A stretch of 64,000 nucleotides of DNA from Spirochaetia bacterium (GTDB taxonomy: Bacteria; Spirochaetota; Spirochaetia; DSM-2461), in contig CAXXIA010000002.1 in assembly GCA_963666985.2 (NCBI GenBank), positions 992,001 through 1,056,000 of the forward strand. Direction: 5' to 3'. Positions 10,764 to 18,240 of this stretch are shown in pieces (positions within the stretch are counted from its first letter, which is position 1; each line of letters begins with the position of its first letter). The translations under genes and the position numbers were made by a program. Under the pieces are notes generated by a model. It saw only the letters and a program-made list of their open reading frames with translations, did no database searches and was not told the origin of the DNA.

Positions 10764-12139
10764 GATGCTCTTCTCCCTTTCTGTCCGCCTTCTTTCACTG
10801 CGTCTTGTTCCGAGTTTTCTGATTTACCGCTTCTTTTTCCGATACAATGCGCAACTTTACCCATTCCGCCCTCAAGCAGAAGATACGAGACCACCCCCAC
10901 AACCAAAGCCCAGTTGAGACCGGCCAGATATACGGTAGCGCCGGTCATTCCGGCCGTTCCCGCCGCGATCCTGTCCGATTTAACCTGTTCCACCGCGATA
11001 TAGGAGCAGGCAAAACCCTGCACGACCAATGTAATCGCAAGCGCGACGGGAAGGATCGGGGAGAGCAGGCTGGCGGCGGGCATCAGCAGAACACAGACGG
11101 CCGTCGAAAGCTTGAACGCACCGACTCCGCCGTAAAAGCTCTTCATCGTCTCCCTGCCCTCTTTGTAGCGCTCACCGACCGATACCGTCACCGCGGCCCA
11201 TAAAGGCCCCGCCAGCGCGGTAAAGGGCGAAAACAGCGACAGGATAAGATTCCGTACGCCTGTGATGATATTGGTCCTGTTCGCGTTGAATTCAAGCGGC
11301 TCATCGGGGCGTGCCTGTCTGCAATCGTCCAAAACGCTCTCGGCCGTTATAATCTCCCCGAAGGCAATGATATAAACGGCAAGGGCCGTCGGGACGGCTT
11401 TCAGAATCAGGCTCATTGACGGAAACCCGATGGAAAACACACTGGCAGTTTTGAACAGTTCCCCGAAACTGAAAGGAATAAATCCCCATTTCAGCGTCGG
11501 AAGCGGCAGCTCACCCGATACGAAACCCGCGGCCATGGCCACGATCAAACTGGGCAGCATTCCATATTTACCGATTTCGTTGAACAGCCGCCGTTTGTCC
11601 TTAATGTTCTTGAAGCCGACCGAAAACAGAACGAAAAGCGCCACAACGGTACCCGAGGCTACCGATATCGGATATTGAGACAAGTATCCGCCGCCGCCGA
11701 AAACTCTTCCCAGCGCCGCGATTCCCGCGCCCAGCAGGATTCCCGCTTTCAGCGAAGGCGGTACGCAGGCAATCAGTTTGTGCGCGAGTCCCGTAATGCC
11801 CAGCACGAGAAAAATAACCGACACGCTCAGCTGAAGAGCAATGAGCGCATGGATAGATTCCAAACCGACCGTGAAGCCGCCCAGATAAACCAGCACCAAA
11901 GACAATGCCGAAGCGATCCATCCGGGAACTACGGGATCGCCGAAGAAGACGTGCAGAAGTCCCAGCGCCTCGGCTATCGCCACCGACGTCAGAGCCGCTT
12001 CGTATGAAAGCCCCAGCGTTTCCTGAAGTACCGGCACCGCCGAAAGTCCGACGGCGATCATCAAGACACCCTGTAAAATCTCGGGCAGCTCCGGTTTGTA
12101 GTGGACAAACGGCAGCATGATCTTTAATTTCGTTTTCAA
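10760..12139 (-). CDS. Multi-pass permease (xanthine/uracil permease-like, uncharacterised subfamily)
   Basis: About 12-13 hydrophobic segments with PVVPGWI, AVYIIAFGE and GPLWAA motifs; GGAGG RBS 7 nt before TTG 12139. Confidence 0.8.
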   Translation of the reverse strand: MKTKLKIMLPFVHYKPELPEILQGVLMIAVGLSAVPVLQETLGLSYEAALTSVAIAEALGLLHVFFGDPVVPGWIASALSLVLVYLGGFTVGLESIHALIALQLSVSVIFLVLGITGLAHKLIACVPPSLKAGILLGAGIAALGRVFGGGGYLSQYPISVASGTVVALFVLFSVGFKNIKDKRRLFNEIGKYGMLPSLIVAMAAGFVSGELPLPTLKWGFIPFSFGELFKTASVFSIGFPSMSLILKAVPTALAVYIIAFGEIITAESVLDDCRQARPDEPLEFNANRTNIITGVRNLILSLFSPFTALAGPLWAAVTVSVGERYKEGRETMKSFYGGVGAFKLSTAVCVLLMPAASLLSPILPVALAITLVVQGFACSYIAVEQVKSDRIAAGTAGMTGATVYLAGLNWALVVGVVSYLLLEGGMGKVAHCIGKRSGKSENSEQDAVKEGGQKGRRAS

Positions 12140-12161
12140 CTTTTTCCCTCCGTTGGAAAAC

Positions 12162-12218
12162 AAAAAAAGCCGGCAATATGAGATTCCGCACAGCGGAGCA
12201 TCTCAAATCGGCCGGCTT
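12162..12218 (-). terminator. Terminator-like hairpin in the permease leader (putative attenuator)
   Basis: Minus strand AAGCCGGC..TGAGAT..TCCGC-TGT-GCGGA-ATCTCA..GCCGGC then T7, ending about 10 nt before the RBS. Confidence 0.75.
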
Positions 12219-12298
12219 CCATCCGGATCCGGGCAACTCTTTTTTAGCGCCCATCCGAATAAAACAGCATTTTGTTCTATACTGAATTTTTTACTTTT

Positions 12299-12640
12299 TC
12301 AGGTTCGGTCGTTGTTGAGCAAATCCTCATATTTGGAATAGATCATTTTCAGCGATGTGATGATCGCTTTTTTGGCCTGTCCGAAATATGTGCGATTAAA
12401 ACGGTCGATCAGCGTATCCATGCCGTCGTTCAGATTGTAGCCGACCAACAGGTTGGATACGAAATCCTTCGCGACGTTCGTTACCGCCGAATACTCCGCC
12501 TTAACGATGGTTCCCATCTGCATGTCCACAAGAACAACGACGACCGCCGTATGATATATTTCTTCGGATGTAATGTTGGCCGGCAGTTTGGCATAGCCGG
12601 ATATCAACACAACCCCTTCTTTATGCGGCGTAATTTTCAC
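12299..12640 (-). CDS. DUF3870-like protein
   Basis: ISGYAKLPANIT...VD...G.IVKA...F...LLVGY.L...YFGQAKKAII pattern; start uncertain (GTG 12640 or TTG 12652). Confidence 0.75.
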   Translation of the reverse strand: MKITPHKEGVVLISGYAKLPANITSEEIYHTAVVVVLVDMQMGTIVKAEYSAVTNVAKDFVSNLLVGYNLNDGMDTLIDRFNRTYFGQAKKAIITSLKMIYSKYEDLLNNDRT

Positions 12641-12668
12641 ATCTCCTTTCAAGAAGCCCCTCATAAAT

Positions 12669-12729
12669 AAAAAAAGGCAACAACCGTGTATCCACACTTA
12701 TAGTGTAGTTCGATACTCAGTTACTTGCC
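12669..12729 (-). terminator. Terminator-like hairpin in the DUF3870 leader (putative attenuator)
   Basis: Minus strand GGCAA..AACTG.GTATC..ACACT-ATA-AGTGT.GATAC.CGGTT..TTGCC followed by a T-tract. Confidence 0.7.
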
Positions 12730-12802
12730 GAACCGGCGGAGATTGCGAATCGCTTTTGGCGTCCGCTCTCCGTAAGAAGCAATTTATTTACTCAAGACCG
12801 TA

Positions 12803-12823
12803 CTGATATGCATTGCATATCAG
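12803..12823. promoter_or_regulatory. Perfect palindrome, candidate repressor operator over the predicted start site
   Basis: CTGATATGCA-T-TGCATATCAG. Confidence 0.65.
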
Positions 12824-12827
12824 CTGC

Positions 12828-12856
12828 AATATAGTGACTCCAAATATAAAAAGCAA
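12828..12856 (-). promoter_or_regulatory. Putative sigma70 promoter of the DUF3870 operon
   Basis: TTGCTT-N17-TATATT on the minus strand. Confidence 0.55.
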
Positions 12857-13173
12857 GCCTCCGCAGCCGTTCTCATATTGGGCGTCTCCCCGGCCATAGG
12901 TCGGGTACTTGTCGGAAACCTACGGTTTCCTGTGACGGGATTGTTCCTCGCTTTGCAGCGGTACGACCCAATATCTCGCACATGCATCCGGGCCGGGGCC
13001 GGGCTATTCGGGGGTACCGTCTCAACGGGTCACAGACCCGTTGAGACCGCTTCGCGCCCCTACTATCCCTGACGCTTTTCTTCAATCGGAATTGCTGAAG
13101 CCGCCGTTCAATATCCAATTGTTCCGGCGTTCGAGTGCCGGGAGCCCCGGCCGGAACGGGATCTCCCTAGGTC

Positions 13174-14085
13174 TCAGATTAAAATTTTTCCCAAGTCGGT
13201 CACATCGTATCCGCCCAATCCGGCCACTTCGTCACGGAATCTTTTTGATTTCAGAATTTCCATAACACTGCGGTAATACGGCAGGTTTGAGTCTTTTTTC
13301 AGCATGACCAAATCATAGTTCTCCTGCTGAATGGGAATAAAATCAATTCCCGGAACCTGTAAGGCTGTTTTCTCATTTCCCAAAGCAACATAGTTCCGAT
13401 GTCGTGATACGGCGCTGGCGGCCTCCAGATGAGTCGTAACCTCTTCATCGTATCCCTTAACGGAACTGCAATCGATACCGTCAAGGCGTAAATGCTCATC
13501 CAAGAGAACACGCACACCGCTTCCCTTTTCACGGTTAATGAAAATCACATCCGAGCGTGCCAAATCCTTCCAGCTCTTTATTTTCAGAGGATTCCCTTCC
13601 TTCACATAGAATCCCTGCATCCGCTTTACCAGATGAATTACCGTAACCATCATTCCGGGAACCATTTTTCTGATATAAGGGATGTTGTAGGTTCCCGTAT
13701 CCCCGTCCCAGAGATGACAGGTGGCCGCCTGTACCGATCCGTTATAAAGAGCATACAGCCCGTTATAGCTCCCCTGATGTGAGCGAAAGGATCGAAATCC
13801 ATAAGGCGGAGATTCCATTTCCCGGGCCAGAATATCAAGGATAACATCCTGTCCGGAGATAACAAAACCGTCTTCGGAAGACAGACCATGATGAACACTC
13901 GTCTGGACTTTCCCCGAAAAGGAAGTCCCCTTTAAAGCATCAAGGGCACTCGCTTCTATACGGATTTTACGGCCCACTTTATAAGACGGCAGTTCTCCGC
14001 GTTTAATCATTTCATAAACGGTGTTTTTGGCGACTTTAAGTCTGTCCGCCACCTCCTGGGGGGTAAGGGAAGTATTATCACCCAT
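13174..14085 (-). CDS. Excisionase-like HTH (HTH_17) plus PBP-like molybdate-binding domain regulator (YvgK type)
   Basis: LTPQEVADRLKVAKNTVYEMIKRGELPSYKVGRKIRI; GSYNGLYALY, CHLWD, FINREKGSGVRVLLD, ENYDLV and GGYD motifs. Confidence 0.9.
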   Translation of the reverse strand: MGDNTSLTPQEVADRLKVAKNTVYEMIKRGELPSYKVGRKIRIEASALDALKGTSFSGKVQTSVHHGLSSEDGFVISGQDVILDILAREMESPPYGFRSFRSHQGSYNGLYALYNGSVQAATCHLWDGDTGTYNIPYIRKMVPGMMVTVIHLVKRMQGFYVKEGNPLKIKSWKDLARSDVIFINREKGSGVRVLLDEHLRLDGIDCSSVKGYDEEVTTHLEAASAVSRHRNYVALGNEKTALQVPGIDFIPIQQENYDLVMLKKDSNLPYYRSVMEILKSKRFRDEVAGLGGYDVTDLGKILI

Positions 14086-14149
14086 TCATTTAACTCCGAT
14101 CATGTTCATACACAATAATTTATATCCTATGGGCCCTTTATGATACACC

Positions 14150-14180
14150 CGTTACTGTTACGTTAGGTTACGTTTCGTTC
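14150..14180. repeat. Pentamer direct-repeat array (NGTTA), candidate binding site
   Basis: CGTTA-C-TGTTA-CGTTA-GGTTA-CGTTT-CGTTC upstream of the regulator. Confidence 0.65.
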
Positions 14181-14370
14181 TTTCTTTTTGTTGAAATTCG
14201 TCTTCCTTTCACTCCCAATCAGTCACTTCATCGGGACGGTTTTCGTAAAATCGACAGAACAATATTCTTCCGAAATCCATTTTTTTCGCCATCATCTCTC
14301 TTTAATGCAAGGAATTAAGTTAATTAAAATTAAAAGAGCCGCTTCATCTCGCCGGTACTTTCAACATAAT

Positions 14371-14415
14371 TAAAAGTAATATAACGTTATTAAACGTTAC
14401 AAAACGTATTTGAAC
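14371..14415. repeat. 10-bp periodic repeat array (NNAACGTWWY), candidate binding site
   Basis: TAAAAGTAAT-ATAACGTTAT-TAAACGTTAC-AAAACGTATT-TGAAC upstream of the ABC operon. Confidence 0.65.
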
Positions 14416-14452
14416 ACAATCAAATGTGATCTAAGGAAACAGTCTGAATACA

Positions 14453-15505
14453 ATGCTCACCCCCCGCGGAAAAAGACAGAACGAAGAAAAAAATTCACGG
14501 CGAACCATGAATTGGTTTTTAGTAGGACTGATTCTCCCCCTGGGGACAGTTCTTCTTTCGCTCCTGATAGGGCGATATTTCATCAGTATCGGACAGCTGG
14601 CTTCTCTAATTGCCTTAAAACTGCATCACCAGCCGCTGGGCGATTATGCCGTTATCGACACCATAATATTCAACGTTCGTTTGCCGCGGATTCTCAGCGC
14701 TCTTATTATCGGAGGGGCTCTGTCTCTCTCCGGAACCGTTTATCAAAGTACGTTCAGAAATCCCATGGTATCTCCGGGGATTCTCGGAGTGGCCAACGGA
14801 GCCGGATTCGGAGCGGCTGTGGGAATCTTGTTCTCCATGAGCTATTTCGGAATCCAGTCCATGGCCTTTCTCTTCGGACTGATCGCCGTCGGACTGACCT
14901 ATCTTATCAGTGCCTTTAAAAAAGAAGACGGCAATTCCATCCTAACCCTGGTACTGGCCGGAATGGTTATCAGCACCATATTCTCATCCTTTATTTCTCT
15001 GACGAAATATATTGCCGATCCGGATGATAAACTGCCGGCCATTACATTCTGGCTTATGGGCAGTCTGGCCTCAATTACCATGAAGGAGGTACTGATTACC
15101 CTTATCCCGGTAGTCGCCGGATCCATACCTCTGTTTCTTATGCGATGGAAACTGAACATCCTCGCCTTTGGAGATGAAGAAGCCAAATCCATGGGCGTGA
15201 ATACGTCGCTGGTCAGATTGCTGATTATTATCTGTTCCACGGTCATTACGGCGGCCGCCATCGCCATCAGCGGGATTGTCGGCTGGGTCGGGCTCATCAT
15301 CCCTCATATCTGCCGAATGATATCCGGGCCCAATCACAACACACTTGTCCCTTTATCGGTTGCCGTCGGAGCCGTTTATCTTCTTATCGTCGATGATGTG
15401 GCCAGAACTCTGGCAAGCATTGAGATTCCCTTAGGAATCATTACGTCCCTTATCGGAGCTCCATTCTTCATCTACCTGATGTATCAAAAAAGGAAGTCCT
15501 GGTAA
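14453..15505 (+). CDS. FecCD/BtuC-family ABC permease
   Basis: VRLPRIL, FRNPMVSPGILG, FWLMGSL, GDEEAKSMGVN and GWVGLIIPHICR motifs. Confidence 0.95.
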   Translation: MLTPRGKRQNEEKNSRRTMNWFLVGLILPLGTVLLSLLIGRYFISIGQLASLIALKLHHQPLGDYAVIDTIIFNVRLPRILSALIIGGALSLSGTVYQSTFRNPMVSPGILGVANGAGFGAAVGILFSMSYFGIQSMAFLFGLIAVGLTYLISAFKKEDGNSILTLVLAGMVISTIFSSFISLTKYIADPDDKLPAITFWLMGSLASITMKEVLITLIPVVAGSIPLFLMRWKLNILAFGDEEAKSMGVNTSLVRLLIIICSTVITAAAIAISGIVGWVGLIIPHICRMISGPNHNTLVPLSVAVGAVYLLIVDDVARTLASIEIPLGIITSLIGAPFFIYLMYQKRKSW

Positions 15506-16357
15506 ATGAAGCTTATCGTTAAGAATCTCGACTGCGGATACGGACAGAAAAAGATCATTAAGGATATTTCACTAACCGTAAAAGAGGGAGAAACGGTCTG
15601 TCTGCTCGGTCCGAACGGCGTGGGCAAAACAACTTTCTTCAAAACGATTCTGGGATTTCTAAAACCTCTCGCGGGAACCGTTGAACTCGACGGTATCGAT
15701 ATCCATAAGCTTTCAAGGAAAGAATTTGCCCAACTTATAGCCTACGTTCCCCAAGCTCACAGTGTTCCGTTTCCGTTTAAAACAAAAGATGTCGTTCTGA
15801 TGGGACGAAACGCGCATACGGGAATCATGTCGGTTCCCTCTCAAAAAGACCGCCGGTATGCCTTGGAGAGTATGGAAACCCTGGGAATCGGCCATTTGAA
15901 AGAAAAGGTTTACACGGAACTGAGCGGCGGAGAACAGCAGATGGTCCTGATAGCCAGAGCCCTTACCCAGCAAACCCGGCTGCTGATTATGGATGAACCG
16001 ACATCGAATCTGGATTTCGGCAATCAGGTAAAAATCCTGAATCAGATCAACCGGCTGCAGAACAAAGGAATCGCCGTGGTTTTAACCACCCATTCACCGG
16101 ATCAGGTTTTTCTATGCGGAACCAAGGTCATCATTTTCCACAACGGCAGGCTCACCGAAACAGGGTATCCCCGTCACATCGTTACGGAAAACATTCTGGA
16201 AAAGGTTTACGGAGTTAGTGTCAAAGTCAGAGACATTCCCGTATCCGATTCCGGCTGCGTCACCGTGTGCATTCCCTGCCTGGAGGGGAAAGAAGAAGAG
16301 GAGTCCGTCGAATACAGTCAATTTCTTCCTGAACTCAAGGAAGTAGAAATATCTTAA
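15506..16357 (+). CDS. ABC ATP-binding protein (FecE/BtuD type)
   Basis: GPNGVGKT, LSGGEQQ and MDEPTSNLD motifs. Confidence 0.95.
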   Translation: MKLIVKNLDCGYGQKKIIKDISLTVKEGETVCLLGPNGVGKTTFFKTILGFLKPLAGTVELDGIDIHKLSRKEFAQLIAYVPQAHSVPFPFKTKDVVLMGRNAHTGIMSVPSQKDRRYALESMETLGIGHLKEKVYTELSGGEQQMVLIARALTQQTRLLIMDEPTSNLDFGNQVKILNQINRLQNKGIAVVLTTHSPDQVFLCGTKVIIFHNGRLTETGYPRHIVTENILEKVYGVSVKVRDIPVSDSGCVTVCIPCLEGKEEEESVEYSQFLPELKEVEIS

Positions 16358-16367
16358 GGAGAATAAA

Positions 16368-17477
16368 ATGAAAAAGATTACGATTTGTCTTTTGCTTTTT
16401 GCAATTCCCTTTGCCGCCTGGTGCGGCGGTGAAGCGGAAATCGCACCTCAGACATCGGCCCCGGATAGTCCGGCAAGAATCATTACGGATATGGCCGACC
16501 GGGAAGTGGAGATTCCCGGCCGGATCAACACCGTATATTCCCGCTGTCCCATGGGAACCATTCTGATGTACACCATCGATCCGGAAATGATCGCCGGACT
16601 CAGCTGGAAACCGACGGAATTCGAGAAAGAGTATCTGACGGAAGCCTATGCCCGTCTTCCTCTCCTCTCCGGCTGGTTTGCCACCAATGAAGGCAACGTT
16701 GAAGAAATCATAAAAACCGCTCCGGATATCATGTTCTCCAGCGTCAGAAATCCCAAGGGTGCCGTAGGCTCCCTGGAACAGGCCGACAAGCTTCAAAAAC
16801 TCTTAAATATACCCGTTCTTATGCTGGATTCCGGCATTACTCAATTACCGGCCATCTATCGTTTTGTCGGTGAGACCCTTGGAAAAGAGGAGAGGGCGGA
16901 AGAGCTGGCCTCTTATACGGAAGCCATGATTAAAGAGATTCAAGCAAAAGCGGCTCTGATTCCCGAAGACCAAAAGGTTGGTGTGTACTATGCCGAAGGA
17001 ACCGAAGGCCTGGAAACAGATCCGGCGGGATCGCTTCATTCCGAGCTGATCGAATTCGTCGGTGGAATCAATATCGCCCAGGTTCCGAATATCACCGGCG
17101 TGGGAGGAATGGGCCGCTCCCAGGTATCCCCGGAACAGCTCGCCGCCTGGGATCCGGATGTTATCATCGCCTGCCACGATCAGGGATTTGCCGGAAATGC
17201 CGGTACCTATCAGGCCGTTCTTACCGATCCCCGGTTTGCCACTCTTCGGGCCGTTAAAGAGCGGAAAGTCTACGAAATCCCCTATAAACCCTTTAACGTT
17301 ACCGATCGCCCGCCCTCTGTAAACCGCATCATCGGCGTTAAGTGGCTGGCCAATCTTCTGTATCCGGAAATTTACAATTACGACATGAAAAAGGAGTTTC
17401 GAGATTTCTACAAACTCTTCTACAACATCGATCTCAGCGATGATCAGCTGGATGAAATCCTAACGAACGCCGGATAA
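16368..17477 (+). CDS. Type III (helical-backbone) periplasmic binding protein for a metal chelate, cobalamin or oxyanion
   Basis: Signal peptide; ITDMADREVEIP, NVEEIIKTAPD, VSPEQLAAWDPDVII and DRPPSVNRIIGVKWLANLLYPE motifs. Confidence 0.92.
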   Translation: MKKITICLLLFAIPFAAWCGGEAEIAPQTSAPDSPARIITDMADREVEIPGRINTVYSRCPMGTILMYTIDPEMIAGLSWKPTEFEKEYLTEAYARLPLLSGWFATNEGNVEEIIKTAPDIMFSSVRNPKGAVGSLEQADKLQKLLNIPVLMLDSGITQLPAIYRFVGETLGKEERAEELASYTEAMIKEIQAKAALIPEDQKVGVYYAEGTEGLETDPAGSLHSELIEFVGGINIAQVPNITGVGGMGRSQVSPEQLAAWDPDVIIACHDQGFAGNAGTYQAVLTDPRFATLRAVKERKVYEIPYKPFNVTDRPPSVNRIIGVKWLANLLYPEIYNYDMKKEFRDFYKLFYNIDLSDDQLDEILTNAG

Positions 17478-17628
17478 TCCTTTTCAATCGGAACCGACTC
17501 ATACGGAAAAAAAAGACTACCGGAGAACCGACATCTCCGGTACCGCATAAAGCGTATGGGCCGGTGGTTCCACAGGAAAGAGATTCAACACTTACCCATT
17601 CAATCAAAACTGATATCCGGAGGTTTTC

Positions 17629-18240
17629 ATGGAAATAAATCCAGAAAAGTTCGATTCCATTGCCCATAATATTTTCGCTCCCGTGTATCCGGTTATTGCC
17701 CGCCAGGTTCTGGAAGAATTCAACCGAAGAGAAGGGATATGCCTTGATCTTGGCTCGGGAACCGGCATGCTGGGCATGGCCGTAGCCGAAGAGGCTAAAG
17801 ACATGAAGGTTGTTCTCTTCGATGAATCGGAGGAGATGCTGCGGCTTGCCGGGAAATACAACAACTTACCGGAGCGGGTATCGACGAAGCAGGGAGTCGC
17901 CGAAGAACTGCCGTTTGCCGACGATTCGGTTGATCTGATTGTCAGCCGAGGTTCGGTTTTTTTCTGGAACGACCAGAAACAAGGATTTAAAGAAGCCTAT
18001 CGGGTCCTGAAATCGGGAGGATGTGCCTGTATCGGCGGGGGATTCGGAACACCCGAGCTCTTGAAAGAAGTGATGGAAAAAATGAGTATCCGCGACCCGG
18101 AATGGGCGGATCAAAGAAAGTGCCGCTCCGGGAAACGTAATGTTGAACATTTTGAAAATATCATGGCATCGACAGGTATTCCCGAATACCGGGTAGAAAG
18201 TACGGAGGCGGGATTATGGATCAAATTTCAAAAACAGTAA
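17629..18240 (+). CDS. Class I SAM-dependent methyltransferase
   Basis: LDLGSGTG, LPFADDSVDLIVSRGSVFFW and RVLKSGG motifs; GGAGG RBS. Confidence 0.92.
   Translation: MEINPEKFDSIAHNIFAPVYPVIARQVLEEFNRREGICLDLGSGTGMLGMAVAEEAKDMKVVLFDESEEMLRLAGKYNNLPERVSTKQGVAEELPFADDSVDLIVSRGSVFFWNDQKQGFKEAYRVLKSGGCACIGGGFGTPELLKEVMEKMSIRDPEWADQRKCRSGKRNVEHFENIMASTGIPEYRVESTEAGLWIKFQKQ

Noticed and set aside
12660..12800. Possible T-box or known riboswitch
   Set aside because: GTGTGGATACAC only loosely resembles the T-box TGGNACC sequence and is part of the terminator stem; no Stem I motifs. Kept as an unclassified attenuator instead.
14150..14415. CRISPR-like array, or prophage excisionase and att site
   Set aside because: The repeats are 5-10 bp with no spacers; the Xis-like domain is fused to a PBP sensor and there is no integrase or phage gene.
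14086..14452. Cobalamin or Moco riboswitch upstream of the FecCD ABC genes
   Set aside because: No B12-box or GGGAA core and no Moco-like structure; the region is AT-rich with DNA-type repeats.
17478..17628. Large stem-loop after the binding-protein gene as an ncRNA (also 22623-22785 and 6606-6698)
   Set aside because: Such hairpins commonly follow highly expressed genes as stabilisers or partial terminators; no sign of an independent RNA.
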